Shown piece by piece: positions 1 through 15,539 of a stretch of DNA of 64,000 nt. Under the pieces are notes generated by a model that saw only the letters and a list, made by a program, of their open reading frames with translations, was not told the origin of the DNA and did no database searches. Made by a program: the position numbers and the translations under genes. This stretch comes from Eledone cirrhosa. Taxonomy: Eukaryota. Positions within the stretch are counted from its first letter, which is position 1. Every line of letters starts with the position of its first letter. Where the stretch lies: positions 64,728,001-64,792,000 of the forward strand of contig OZ024745.1 of assembly GCA_964016885.1 (NCBI GenBank), given 5' to 3'.

Positions 1-1249
1 CCATTTTTTAGTTGGGTGGTCCATTTTTTATTTGGGTGATCCATTTTTTATTTGGGGGATCATTTTTTATTTGGGTGATCCATTTTTTATTTGGGGATCC
101 ATTTTTTATTTGGGTGATCCATTTTTTATTTGGGTGATCCATTTTTTATTTGGGGGATCCATTTTTTATTTGGGTGATCCATTTTTTATTTGGGGATCCA
201 TGTTTTATTTGGGTGATCCATTTTTTATTTGGGTGATCCATTTTTTATTTGGGGGATCCATTTTTTATTTGGGTGATCCATTTTTTATTTGGGGGTCCAT
301 TTTTTATTTGGGGGATCCATTTTTATTTGGGTGATCCATTTTTTATTTGGGGGATCCATTTTTTATTTGGGTGATCCATTTTTTATTTGGGTTGATCCCT
401 TTTTTATTTGGGGGATCCATTTTTTATTTGGGTGATCCATTTTTTATTTGGGGGATCCATTTTTTATTTGGGGGATCCATTTTTTATTTGGTTGATCCAT
501 TTTTTATTAGGGGGATCCATTTTTTATTTGGGTGATCCATTTTAACTTGGAGATCCATTTTTTGTTTAGGTGATCCATTTTATAATTGGGTGATCCATTT
601 TTTATTTGGGGGATCCATTTTTTATTTGGGGGATCCATTTTTATTTGGGTGATCCATTTTTTATTTGGGTGATCCATTTTTTATTTTGGTGATCCATTTT
701 TTATTTGGGGGATCCATTTTTTATTTGGGTGATCCATTTTTTATTTGGGTGATCCATTTTTTATTTGGGGGATCCATTTTTTATTTGGGTGATCCATTTT
801 TATTTGGAGATCCATTTTGTATTTGGGTGATCCATTTTTTAATTGGGTGATCCATTTTTTATTTGGGTGATCCATTTTTTATTTGGGGGATCCATTTTTT
901 ATTTGGGTGATCCATTTTTTATTTGGGTGGTCCATTTTTTATTTGGGTGATTCATTTTTTATTTTGGGGATCCATTTTTTATTTGGGTGATCCATTTTTT
1001 ATTTGGGGATCCATTTTTTATTTGGGTGATCCATTTTTTATTTGGGTGATCCATTTTTTATTTGGGGGATACATTTTTTATTTGGGTGATCCATTTTTTA
1101 TTTGGGGGGGTCCATATTTTATTTGGGGGATCCATTTTTTATTTGGGTGATCCATTTTTTATTTGGGGGATCCATTTTATATTTGGGGGATTCATTTTTT
1201 ATTTGGGTGATCCATTTTTTATTAGGGGGATCCATTTTTTATTTGGGTG

Positions 1250-4200
1250 ATCCATTTTTATTTGGAGATCCATTTTTTATTTAGGTGATCCATTTTATAA
1301 TTGGGTGATCCATTTTTTATTTGGGGGATCCATTTTTTATTTGGGGGATCCATTATTTATTTGGGTGATCCATTTTTTATTTGGGTGATCCATTTTTTAT
1401 TTGGGTGATCCATTTTTTATTTGGGTGATCCATTTTTTATTTGGGTGATCCATTTTTTATTTGGGGGATCCATTTTTTATTTGAGTGATCCATTTTTTAT
1501 TTGGGGGATCCATTTTTTATTTGGGTGATCCATTTTTTATTTGGGGGATCCATTTTTTATTTCGGGGATCCATTTTTTATTTGGGTGATTCATTTTTTAT
1601 TTGGGGGATCCATTTTTTATTTTGGGTGATCCATTTTTTATTAGGGGGATCCATTTTTTATTTGGGTGATCCATTTTTATTTGTAGATCCATTTTTTATT
1701 TGGGTGATCCATTTTTTTATTGGATGATCCATTTTTTATTTGGGGGATCCATTTTTTATTTGGGGGATCCATTATTTATTTGGGTGATCCATTTTTTATT
1801 TGGGTGATCCATTTTTTATTCGGGGGATCCATTTTTTATTTGGGTGATCCATTTTTTATTTGGGTGATCCATTTTTTAATTGGGGATCCATTTTTTATTT
1901 GAGGGATCCATTTTATATTTGGGTGATCCATTTTTTATTTGGGTGATCCATTTTTTATTTGGGGGATCCATTTTTTATTTGGGGGATCCATTTTTTATTT
2001 GGGGGATCCATTTTCTATTTGGGGGATCCATTTTTTATTTCGGGGATCCATTTTTTATTTGGGTGATTCATTTTTTATTTGGGTGATCCATTTTTTGTTT
2101 AGGTGATCCATTTTATAATTGGGTGATCCATTTTTTATTTGGGGGATCCATTTTTTATTTGGGGGATCCATTTTTTATTTGGGTGATCCATTTTTTATTT
2201 TGCTGATTCATTTTTTATTTGGGTGATCCATTTTTTATTTGGGGGATCCATTTTTTATTTGGGTGATCCATTTTTTATTTGGGGGATCCATTTTTTATTT
2301 GGGGGATCCATTTTTTATTTGGTTGATCCATTTTTTATTAGGGGGATCCATTTTTTATTTGGGTGATCCATTTTAACTTGGAGATCCATTTTTTGTTTAG
2401 GTGATCCATTTTATAATTGGGTGATCCATTTTTTATTTGGGGGATCCATTTTTTATTTGGGGGATCCATTTTTTATTTGGGTGATCCATTTTTTATTTTG
2501 CTGATTCATTTTTTATTTGGGTGATCCATTTTTTATTTGGGGGATCCATTTTTTATTTGGGTGAACCATTTTTTATTTGTGAGATCCATTTTTTATTTGG
2601 GTGATCCATTTTTTATTTTGGTGATCCATTTTTTATTTGGGGGATTCATTTTTTATTTGGGTGATCCATTTTTTATTTGGGTGATCCATTTTTTATTTGG
2701 GGGATCCATTTTTTATTTGGGGGATCCATTTTTTATTTGGGTGATCCATTTTTATTTGGAGATCCATTTTGTATTTGGGTGATCCATTTTTTAATTGGGT
2801 GATCCATTTTTTATTTGGGTGATCCATTTTTTATTTGGGGGATCCATTTTTTATTTGGGTGATCCATTTTTTATTTGGGTGGTCCATTTTTTATTTGGGT
2901 GATTCATTTTTTATTTGGGGGATCCATTTTTTATTTGGGTGATCCATTTTTTATTTGGGGATCCATTTTTTATTTGGGTGATCCATTTTTTATTTGGGTG
3001 ATCCATTTTTTATTTGGGGGATACATTTTTTATTTGGGTGATCCATTTTTTATTTGGGGGGGTCCATATTTTATTTGGGGGATCCATTTTTTATTTGGGT
3101 GATCCATTTTTTATTTGGGGGATCCATTTTATATTTGGGGGATCCATTTTTTATTTTGGGTGATCCATTTTTTATTAGGGGGATCCATTTTTTATTTGGG
3201 TGATCCATTTTTATTTGTAGATCCATTTTTTATTTGGGTGATCCATTTTTTAATTGGATGATCCATTTTTTATTTGGGGGATCCATTTTTTATTTGGGGG
3301 ATCCATTATTTATTTGGGTGATCCATTTTTTATTTGGGTGATCCATTTTTTATTCGGGGGATCCATTTTTTATTTGGGTGATCCATTTTTTATTTGGGTG
3401 ATCCATTTTTTAATTGGGGATCCATTTTTTATTTGAGGGATCCATTTTATATTTGGGTGATCCATTTTTTATTTGGGTGATCCATTTTTTATTTGGGGGA
3501 TCCATTTTTTATTTGGGGGATCCATTTTTTATTTGGGGGATCCATTTTTTATTTGGGGGATCCATTTTTTATTTCGGGGATCCATTTTTTATTTGGGTGA
3601 TTCATTTTTTATTTGGGGGATCCATTTTTTATTTGGGTGATCCATTTTTTTTATTTGGGGGTCCATTTTTTATTTGGGTGATCCATTTTTTATTTGGGTG
3701 ATCCATTTTTTAATTGGGTGATCCATCTTTATTTGGGTGATCCATTTTTTACTTGGGGGATCCATTTTTTATTTGGGTGATCCATTTTTTATTTTGATGA
3801 TTCATTTTTTATTTGGGTGATCCATTTTTTATTTGGGGGATCCATTTTTTATTTGGGTGAACCATTTTTTATTTGGGGGATCCATCTTTTATTTGGGTGA
3901 TCCATTTTTTATTTGGGTGATCCATTTTTTATTTGGGGGATCCATTTTTTATTTGGGTGATCCATTTTTTATTTGGGTGATCCATTTTTTATTTGGGGGA
4001 TCCATTTTTTATTTGGGGGATCCATTTTTTATTTGGGTGATCCATTTTTATTTGGAGATCCATTTTGTATTTGGGTGATCCATTTTTTAATTGGGTGATC
4101 CATTTTTTATTTGGGTGATCCATTTTTTATTTGGGGGATCCATTTTTTATTTGGGGGATCCATTATTTATTTGGGTGATCCATTTTTTATTTGGGTGATC

Positions 4201-7200
4201 CATTTTTTATTTGGGTGATCCATTTTTTATTTCGGTGATCCATTTTTTATTTGGGTGATCCATTTTTTATTTGGGGGATCCATTTTTTATTTGGGTGATC
4301 CATTTTTTATTTGGGTGATCCATTTTTTATTTGAGGGATCCATTTTATATTTGGGTGATCCATTTTTTATTTGGGTGATCCATTTTTTATTTGGGTGATC
4401 CATTTTTTATTTGGGGGATCTATTTTTTATTTGGGGGATCCATTTTTTATTTGGGTGATCCATTTTTTATTTGGGGGATCCATTTTTTATTTGGGTGATC
4501 CGTTTTTTATTTGGGGGATCCATTTTTTATTTCGGGGATCCATTTTTTATTTGGGTGATCCATTTTTTTATTTGGGGGTCCATTTTTTATTTGGGTGATC
4601 CATTTTTTATTTGGGTGATCCATTTTTTATTTGGGGGATCCATTTTTTATTTGGGTCATCCATTTTTTATTTGGGGGATCCATTTTTTATTTGGGGGATC
4701 CATTTTTTATTTTGTGTGATCCATTTTTTATTAGGGGGATCCATTTTTTATTTGGGTGATCCATTTTTATTTGTAGATCCATTTTTTATTTGGGTGATCC
4801 ATTTTTTAATTGGATGATGCATTTTTTATTTGGGGGATCCATTTTTTGTTTGGGGGATCCATTATTTATTTGGGTGATCCATTTTTTATTTGGGTGATCC
4901 ATTTTTTATTTGGGGGATCCATTTTTTATTTGGGTGATCCATTTTTTATTTGGGTGATCCATTTTGTAATTGGGGGATCCATTTTTTATTTAGTTGATCC
5001 ATTTTTTAATTGGGTGATCCATTTTTTATTTGGGGGATCCATTTTTTATTTGGGGGATCCATTTTTTATTTGGGGGATCCATTGTTTATTTGGGTGATCC
5101 ATTTTTTATTTGGGTGATCCATTTTTTATTTGGGGGATCCATTTTTTATTTGGGGGATCCATTTTTTATTTGGGTGATCCATTTTTTATTTGGGTGATCC
5201 ATTTTTTATTTGGGTGATCCATTTTTTATTTGGGGGATCCATTTTTTATTTGGGTGATCCATTTTTTATTTGGGTGATACATTTTTTATTTGGGGGATCC
5301 ATTTTTTATTTGGGTGATCCATTTCTTATTTGGGGGATCCATTTTTTATTTGGGGGATCCATTTTTTATTTGGGTGATCCATTTTTTATTTGGGTGATCC
5401 ATTTTTTATTTGGGGGGATCCATTTTTAATTTGGGTGATCCATTTTTTATTTGGGGGATCCATTTTTTATTTGGGTGATCCATTTTTTATTTGGGTGATC
5501 CATTTTTATTTGTAGATCCATTTTTTATTTGGGTGATCCATTTTTTAATTGGATGATCCATTTTTTATTTGGGGGATCCATTTTTTATTTGGGGGATCCA
5601 TTATTTATTTGGGTGATCCATTTTTTATTTGGGTGATCCATTTTTTATTCGGGGGATCCATTTTTTATTTGGGTGATCCATTTTTTATTTGGGTGATCCA
5701 TTTTTTAATTGGGGATCCATTTTTTATTTGAGGGATCCATTTTATATTTGGGTGATCCATTTTTTATTTGGGTGATCCATTTTTTATTTGGGGGATCCAT
5801 TTTTTATTTGGGGGATCCATTTTTTATTTGGGGGATCCATTTTTTATTTGGGGGATCCATTTTTTATTTCGGGGATCCATTTTTTATTTGGGTGATCCAT
5901 TTTTTTTATTTGGGGGTCCATTTTTTATTTGGGTGATCCATTTTTTATTTGGGTGATCCATTTTTTAATTGGGTGATCCATCTTTATTTGGGTGATCCAT
6001 TTTTTACTTGGGGGATCCATTTTTTATTTGGGTGATCCATTTTTTATTTTGATGATTCATTTTTTATTTGGGTGATCCATTTTTTATTTGGGGGATCCAT
6101 TTTTTATTTGGGTGAACCATTTTTTATTTGGGGGATCCATCTTTTATTTGGGTGATCCATTTTTTATTTGGGTGATCCATTTTTTATTTGGGGGATCCAT
6201 TTTTTATTTGGGTGATCCATTTTTTATTTGGGTGATCCATTTTTTATTTGGGGGATCCATTTTTTATTTGGGGGATCCATTTTTTATTTGGGTGATCCAT
6301 TTTTATTTGGAGATCCATTTTGTATTTGGGTGATCCATTTTTTAATTGGGTGATCCATTTTTTATTTGGGTGATCCATTTTTTATTTGGGGGATCCATTT
6401 TTTATTTGGGGGATCCATTATTTATTTGGGTGATCCATTTTTTATTTGGGTGATCCATTTTTTATTTGGGTGATCCATTTTTTATTTCGGTGATCCATTT
6501 TTTATTTGGGTGATCCATTTTTTATTTGGGGGATCCATTTTTTATTTGGGTGATCCATTTTTTATTTGGGTGATCCATTTTTTATTTGAGGGATCCATTT
6601 TATATTTGGGTGATCCATTTTTTATTTGGGTGATCCATTTTTTATTTGGGTGATCCATTTTTTATTTGGGGGATCTATTTTTTATTTGGGGAATCCATTT
6701 TTTATTTGGGTGATCCATTTTTTATTTGGGGGATCCATTTTTTATTTGGGTGATCCGTTTTTTATTTGGGGGATCCATTTTTTATTTCGGGGATCCATTT
6801 TTTATTTGGGTGATCCATTTTTTTATTTGGGGGTCCATTTTTTATTTGGGTGATCCATTTTTTATTTGGGTGATCCATTTTTTATTTGGGGGATCCATTT
6901 TTTATTTGGGTCATCCATTTTTTATTTGGGGGATCCATTTTTTATTTGGGGGATCCATTTTTTATTTTGTGTGATCCATTTTTTATTAGGGGGATCCATT
7001 TTTTATTTGGGTGATCCATTTTTATTTGTAGATCCATTTTTTATTTGGGTGATCCATTTTTTAATTGGATGATCCATTTTTTATTTGGGGGATCCATTTT
7101 TTGTTTGGGGGATCCATTATTTATTTGGGTGATCCATTTTTTATTTGGGTGATCCATTTTTTATTTGGGGGATCCATTTTTTATTTGGGTGATCCATTTT

Positions 7201-10200
7201 TTATTTGGGTGATCCATTTTTTAATTGGGGGATCCATTTTTTATTTAGTTGATCCATTTTTTAATTGGGTGATCCATTTTTTATTTGGGGGATCCATTTT
7301 TTATTTGGGGGATCCATTTTTTATTTGGGGGATCCATTGTTTATTTGGGTGATCCATTTTTTATTTGGGTGATCCATTTTTTATTTGGGGGATCCATTTT
7401 TTATTTGGGGGATCCATTTTTTATTTGGGTGATCCATCTTTTATTTGGGTGATCCATTTTTTATTTGGGTGATCCATTTTTTATTTGGGGGATCCATTTT
7501 TTATTTGGGTGATCCATTTTTTATTTGGGTGATACATTTTTTATTTGGGGGATCCATTTTTTATTTGGGTGATCCATTTTTTATTTGGGGGATCCATTTT
7601 TTATTTGGGTGATCCATTTTTTATTTGGGTGATCCATTTTTTATTTGGGGGGATCCATTTTTAATTTGGGTGATCCATTTTTTATTTGGGGGATCCATTT
7701 TTTATTTGGGTGATCCATTTTTTATTTGGGGGATCCATTTTTTATTTGGGTGATCCATTTTTTATTTGGGTGATCCATTTTTTAATTGGGTGATCCATTT
7801 TTTATTTGGGGGATCCATTTTTTATTTGGGTGATCCATTTTTTATTTGGGTGGTCCATTTTTTATTTGGGTGATCCATTTTTTATTTGGGGGATCCATTT
7901 TTTATTTGGGTGATCCATTTTTTATTTGGGGATCCATTTTTTATTTGGGTGATCCATTTTTTATTTGGGTGATCCATTTTTTATTTGGGGGATCCATTTT
8001 TTATTTGGGTGATCCATTTTTAATTTGGGGGTCCATTTTTTATTTGGGGGATCCATTTTTATTTGGGTGATCCATTTTTTATTTGGGGGATCCATTTTTT
8101 ATTTGGGTGATCCATTTTTTATTTGGGTTGATCCCTTTTTTATTTGGGGGTTCCATTTTTTATTTGGGTGATCCATTTTTTATTTGGGGGATCCATTTTT
8201 TATTTGGGGGATCCATTTTTTATTTGGTTGATCCATTTTTTATTAGGGGGATCCATTTTTTATTTGGGTGATCCATTTTAATTTGGAGATCCATTTTTTG
8301 TTTAGGTGATCCATTTTATAATTGGGTGATCCATTTTTTATTTGGGGGATCCATTTTTTATTTGGGGGATCCATTATTTATTTGGGTGATCCATTTTTTA
8401 TTTGGGTGATCCATTTTTTATTTGGGTGATCCATTTTTTATTTGGGTGATCCATTTTTTATTTGGGTGATCCATTTTTTATTTGGGGGATCCATTTTTTA
8501 TTTGGGTGATCCATTTTTTATTTGGGTGATCCATTTTTTATTTGAGGGATCCATTTTATATTTGGGTGATCCATTTTTTATTTGGGTGATCCATTTTTTA
8601 TTTGGGGGATCCATTTTTTATTTGGGGGATCCATTTTTTATTTGGGGGATCCATTTTTTATTTGGGGGATCCATTTTTTATTTGGGGGATCCATTTTTTA
8701 TTTCGGGGATCCATTTTTTATTTGGGTGATTCATTTTTTATTTGGGGGATCCATTTTTTATTTGGGTGATCCATTTTTTTTATTTGGGGGTCCATTTTTT
8801 ATTTGGGTGATCCATTTTTTATTTGGATGATCCATTTTTTAATTGGGTGATCCATTTTTATTTGGGTGATCCATTTTTTACTTGGGGGATCCATTTTTTA
8901 TTTGGGTGATCCATTTTTTATTTTGCTGATTCATTTTTTATTTGGGTGATCCATTTTTTATTTGGGGGATCCATTTTTTATTTGGGTGAACCATTTTTTA
9001 TTTGGGAGATCCATTTTTTATTTGGGTGATCCATTTTTTATTTGGGTGATCCACTTTTTATTTGGGGGATCCATTTTTTATTTGGGTGATCCATTTTTTA
9101 TTTGGGTGATCCATTTTTTATTTGGGGGATCCATTTTTTATTTCGGGGATCCATTTTTTATTTGGGTGATCCATTTTTATTTGGAGATCCATTTTTTATT
9201 TGGGGGGGTCCATTTTTTATTTGGGGGATCCATTTTTATTTGGGTGATCCATTTTTTATTTGGGGGATCCATTTTTTATTTGGGTGATCCCTTTTTTATT
9301 TGGGGGATCCATTTTTTATTTGGGTGATCCATTTTTTATTTGGGGGATCCATTTTTTATTTGGGGGATTCATTTTTTATTTGGGTGATCCATTTTTTATT
9401 AGGGGGATCCATTTTTTATTTGGGTGATCCATTTTTTATTTGGGTGATCCATTTTTTATTTGGGTGATCCATTTTTTATTTGGGTGATCCATTTTTTATT
9501 TGGGGGATCCATTTTTTATTTGGGTGATCCATTTTTTATTTGGGGGATCCATTTTTTATTTGGGTGATCCATTTTTTATTTCGGGGATCCATTTTTTATT
9601 TCGGGGATCCATTTTTTATTTGGGTGATTCATTTTTTATTTGGGGGATCCATTTTTTATTTTGGGTGATCCATTTTTTATTAGGGGGATCCATTTTTTAT
9701 TTGGGTGATCCATTTTTATTTGTAGATCCATTTTTTATTTGGGTGATCCATTTTTTAATTGGATGATCAATTTTTTATTTGGGGGATCCATTTTTTATTT
9801 GGGGGATCCATTATTTATTTGGGTGATCCATTTTTTATTTGGGTGATCCATTTTTTATTCGGGGGATCCATTTTTTATTTGGGTGATCCATTTTTTATTT
9901 GCGTGATCCATTTTTTAATTGGGGATCCATTTTTTATTTAGTTGATCCACTTTTTAATTGGGTGATGCATTTTTTATTTGGGGGATCCATTTTTTATTTG
10001 GGGGATCCATTTTTTATTTGGGGGATCCATTGTTTATTTGGGTGATCCATTTTTTATTTGGGTGATCCATTTTTTATTTGGGGGATCCATTTTGTATTTG
10101 GGTGATCCATTTTTTATTTGGGTGATCCATTTTTTATTTGGGTGATCCATTTTTTATTTGTGGGATCCATTTTTTATTTGGGTGATCCATTTTTTATTTG

Positions 10201-10978
10201 GGGGATCCTTTTTTTATTTGGGTGATCCATTTTTTATTTGGGTGATCCATTTTTTATTTGGGGGATCCATTTTTTATTTGGGTGATCCATTTTTTATTTG
10301 GGTGATCCATTTTTTATTTGGGGGATCCATTTTTTATTTGGGTGATCCATTTTTTATTTGGGGGATCCATTTTTTATTTGGGGGATCCATTTTTTATTTG
10401 GGTGATCCATTTTTTATATGGGTGATCCATTTTTTATTTGGGGGGATCCATTTTTAATTTGGGTGATCCATTTTTTATTTGGGGGATCCATTTTTTATTT
10501 GGGTGATCCATTTTTTATTTGGGGGATCCATTTTTTATTTGGGTGATCCATTTTTTATTTGGGTGATCAATTTTTTAATTGGGTGATCCATTTTTTATTT
10601 GGGGGATCCATTTTTTATTTGGGTGATCCATTTTTTAGTTGGGTGGTCCATTTTTTATTTGGGTGATCCATTTTTTATTTGGGGGATCCATTTTTTATTT
10701 GGGTGATCCATTTTTTATTTGGGGATCCATTTTTTATTTGGGTGATCCATTTTTTATTTGGGTGATCCATTTTTTATTTGGGGGATCCATTTTTTATTTG
10801 GGTGATCCATTTTTTATTTGGGGATCCATTTTTTATTTGGGTGATCCATTTTTTATTTGGGTGATCCATTTTTTATTTGGGGGATCCATTTTTTATTTGG
10901 GTGATCCATTTTTTATTTGGGGGTCCATTTTATATTTGGGGGATCCATTTTTATTTGGGTGATCCATTTTTTATTTGG
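1250..10978 (+). repeat. Copy 1 of a near-identical block of at least 9.7 kb, repeated at offset +53,022
   Basis: All ORF-track entries from 1485 to 10639 recur with identical translation at exactly +53,022 (1485/54507, 4810/57832, 6626/59648, 9759/62781, 10639/63661). Private variants are shared, e.g. GGATGATGC at about 4812, GGGAATCC at about 6690, TTGCGTGA at about 9900. Confidence 0.95.
3190..7720 (+). repeat. Tandem duplication of about 2.26-2.30 kb (two copies), repeated again at about 56210-60740
   Basis: ORF offsets 3254/5549 and 3414/5709 = 2295, then 3833/6088, 4371/6626 and 4810/7065 = 2255 after a two-monomer loss near 5890. Shared markers CATCTTTA, TTTCGGTGA, GATCCGTT, GGTCATCC and TTTGTGTGA. 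Confidence 0.9.
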
Positions 10979-13900
10979 GGGATCCATTTTTTATTTGGGT
11001 GATCCATTTTTTATTTGGGGGATCCATTTTTTATTTGGGGGATCCATTTTTTATTTGGTTGATCCATTTTTTATTAAGGGGATCCATTTTTTATTTGGGT
11101 GATCCATTTTAATTTGGAGATCCATTTTTTGTTTAGGTGATCCATTTTATAATTGGGTGATCCATTTTTTATTTGGGGGATCCATTTTTTATTTGGGGGA
11201 TCCATTTTTTATTTGGGTGATCCATTTTTTATTTTGCTGATTCATTTTTTATTTGGGTGATCCATTTTTTATTTGGGGGATCTATTTTTTATTTGGGTGA
11301 ACCATTTTTTATTTGGGAGATCCATTTTTTATTTGGGTGATCCATTTTTTATTTGGGTGATCCATTTTTTATTTGGGGGATCCATTTTTTATTTGGGTGA
11401 TCCATTTTTTATTTGGGTGATCCATTTTTTATTTGGGGGATCCATTTTTTATTTGGGGGATCCATTTTTTATTTGGGTGATCCATTTTTATTTGGAGATC
11501 CATTTTGTATTTGGGTGATCCATTTTTTAATTGGGTGATCCATTTTTTATTTGGGTGATCCATTTTTTATTTGGGGGATCCATTTTTTATTTGGGTGATC
11601 CATTTTTTATTTGGGTGGTCCATTTTTTATTTGGGTGATTCATTTTTTATTTGGGGGATCCATTTTTTATTTGGGTGATCCATTTTTTATTTGGGGATCC
11701 ATTTTTTATTTGGGTGATCCATTTTTTATTTGGGTGATCCATTTTTTATTTGGGGGATACATTTTTTATTTGGGTGATCCATTTTTTATTTGGGGGGGTC
11801 CATATTTTATTTGGGGGATCCATTTTTTATTTGGGTGATCCATTTTTTATTTGGGGGATCCATTTTTTATTTGGGGGATTCATTTTTTATTTGGGTGATC
11901 CATTTTTTATTAGGGGGATCCATTTTTTATTTGGGTGATCCATTTTTATTTGGAGATCCATTTTTTATTTAGGTGATCCATTTTATAATTGGGTGATCCA
12001 TTTTTTATTTGGGGGATCCATTTTTTATTTGGGGGATCCATTATTTATTTGGGTGATCCATTTTTTGTTTGGGTGATCCATTTTTTATTTGGGTGATCCA
12101 TTTTTTATTTGGGTGATCCATTTTTTATTTGGGTGATCCATTTTTTATTTGGGGGATCCATTTTTTATTTGGGTGATCCATTTTTTATTTGGGGGATCCA
12201 TTTTTTATTTGGGTGATCCATTTTTTATTTGGGGGATCCATTTTTTATTTCGGGGATCCATTGTTTATTTGGGTGATTCATTTTTTATTTGGGGGATCCA
12301 TTTTTTATTTTGGGTGATCCATTTTTTATTAGGGGGATCCATTTTTTATTTGGGTGATCCATTTTTATTTGTAGATCCATTTTTTATTTGGGTGATCCAT
12401 TTTTTAATTGGATGATCCATTTTTTATTTGGGGGATCCATTTTTTATTTGGGGGATCCATTATTTATTTGGGTGATCCATTTTTTATTTGGGTGATCCAT
12501 TTTTTATTCGGGGGATCCATTTTTTAATTGGGGATCCATTTTTTATTTAGTTGATCCATTTTTTAATTGGGTGATGCATTTTTTATTTGGGGGATCCATT
12601 TTTTATTTGGGGGATCCATTTTTTATTTGGGGGATCCATTGTTTATTTGGGTGATCCATTTTTTATTTGGGGGATCCATTTTGTATTTGGGTGATCCATT
12701 TTTTATTTGGGTGATCCATTTTTTATTTGGGTGATCCATTTTTTATTTGTGGGATCCATTTTTTATTTGGGTGATCCATTTTTTATTTGGGGGATCCTTT
12801 TTTTATTTGGGTGATCCATTTTTTATTTGGGTGATGCATTTTTTATTTGGGGGATCCATTTTTTATTTGGGGGATCCATTTTTTATTTGGGGGATCCATT
12901 TTTTATTTGGGTGATCCATTTTTTATATGGGTGATCCATTTTTTATTTGGGGGGATCCATTTTTAATTTGGGTGATCCATTTTTTATTTGGGGGATCCAT
13001 TTTTTATTTGGGTGATCCATTTTTTATTTGGGGGATCCATTTTTTATTTGGGTGATCCATTTTTTATTTGGGTGATCCATTTTTTAATTGGGTGATCCAT
13101 TTTTTATTTGGGGGATCCATTTTTTATTTGGGTGATCCATTTTTTACTTGGGTGGTCCATTTTTTATTTGGGTGATCCATTTTTTATTTGGGGGATCCAT
13201 TTTTTATTTGGGTGATCCATTTTTTATTTGGGGATCCATTTTTTATTTGGGTGATCCATTTTTTATTTGGGTGATCCATTTTTTATTTGGGGGATCCATT
13301 TTTTATTTGGGTGATTCATTTTTTATTTGGGGGGTCCATTTTTTATTTGGGGGATCCATTTTTATTTGGGTGATCCATTTTTTATTTGGGGGATCCATTT
13401 TTTATTTGGGTGATCCATTTTTTATTTGGGTTGATCCCTTTTTTATTTGGGGGATCCATTATTTATTTGGGTGATCCATTTTTTATTTGGGGGATCCATT
13501 TTTTATTTGGGTGATCCATTTTTTATTTGAGGGATCCATTTTATATTTGGGTGATCCATTTTTTATTTGGGGGATCCATTATTTATTTGGGTGATCCATT
13601 TTTTATTTGGGTGATCCATTTTTTATTTGGGTGATCCATTTTTTATTTGGGTGATCCATTTTTTATTTGGGGATCCATTTTTTATTTGGGTGATCCATTT
13701 TTTATTTGGGTGATCCATTTTTTATTTGGGGGATCCATTTTTTATTTGGGTGATCCATTTTTTATTTGGGGGATCCATTTTTTATTTGGGTGATCCATTT
13801 TTTATTTGGGGGTCCATTTTTTATTTGGGGGATCCATTTTTATTTGGGTGATCCATTTTTTATTTGGGGGATCCATTTTTTATTTGAGTGATCCATTTTT

Positions 13901-15539
13901 TATTTGGGTTGATCCCTTTTTTATTTGGGGGATCCATTTTTTATTTGGGTGATCCATTTTTTATTTGGGGGATCCATTTTTTATTTGGGTGATCCATTTT
14001 TTATTTGGTTGATCCATTTTTTATTAGGGGGATCCATTTTTTATTTGGGTGATCCATTTTAATTTGGAGATCCATTTTTTGTTTAGGTGATCCATTTTAT
14101 AATTGGGTGATCCATTTTTTATTTGGGGGATCCATTTTTTATTTGGGGGATCCATTATTTATTTGGGTGATCCATTTTTTATTTGGGTGATCCATTTTTT
14201 ATTTGGGTGATCCATTTTTTATTTGGGTGATCCATTCTTTATTTGGGTGATCCATTTTTTATTTGGGGGATCCATTTTTTATTTGGGTGATCCATTTTTC
14301 ATTTGGGTGATCCATTTTTTATTTGAGGGATCCATTTTATATTTGGGTGATCCATTTTTTATATGGGTGATCCATTTTTTATTTGGGGGATCCATTTTTT
14401 ATTTGGGGGATCCATTTTTTATTTGGGGGATCCATTTTTTATTTGGGGGATCCATTTTTTATTTCGGGGATCCATTTTTTATTTGGGTGATTCATTTTTT
14501 ATTTGGGGGATCCATTTTTTATTTGGGTGATCCATTTTTTTTATTTGGGGGTCCATTTTTTATTTGGGTGCTCCATTTTTTATTTGGATGATCCATTTTT
14601 TAATTGGGTGATCCATTTTTATTTGGGTGATCCATTTTTTACTTGGGGGATCCATTTTTTATTTGGGTGATCCATTTTTTATTTTGCTGATTCATTTTTT
14701 ATTTGGGTGATCCATTTTTTATTTGGGGGATCCATTTTTTATTTGGGTGAACCATTTTTTATTTGGGAGATCCATTTTTTATTTGGGTGATCCATTTTTT
14801 ATTTGGGTGATCCATTTTTTATTTGGGGGATCCATTTTTTACTTGGGTGATCCATTTTTTATTTGGGTGATCCATTTTTTATTTGGGGGATCCATTTTTT
14901 ATTTGGGGGATCCATTTTTTATTTGGGTGATCCATTTTTATTTGGAGATCCATTTTGTATTTGGGTGATCCATTTTTTAATTGGGTGATCCATTTTTTAT
15001 TTGGGTGATCCATTTTTTATTTGGGGGATCCATTTTTTATTTGGGTGATCCATTTTTTATTTGGGTGGTCCATTTTTTATTTGGGTGATCCATTTTTTAT
15101 TTGGGGGATCCATTTTTTATTTGGGTGATCCATTTTTTATTTGGGGATCCATTTTTTATTTGGGTGATCCATTTTTTATTTGGGTGATCCATTTTTTATT
15201 TGGGGGATCCATTTTTTATTTGGGTGATCCATTTTTTATTTGGGGGGGGGTCCATTTTTTATTTGGGGGATCCATTTTTATTTGGGTGATCCATTTTTTA
15301 TTTGGGGGATCCATTTTTTATTTGGGTGATCCCTTTTTTATTTGGGGGATCCATTTTTTATTTGGGTGATCCATTTTTTATTTGGGGGATCCATTTTTTA
15401 TTTGGGGGATTCATTTTTTATTTGGGTGATCCATTTTTTATTAGGGGGATCCATTTTTTATTTGGGTGATCCATTTTTATTTGGAGATCCATTTTTTATT
15501 TAGGTGATCCATTTTATAATTGGGTGATCCATTTTTTAT

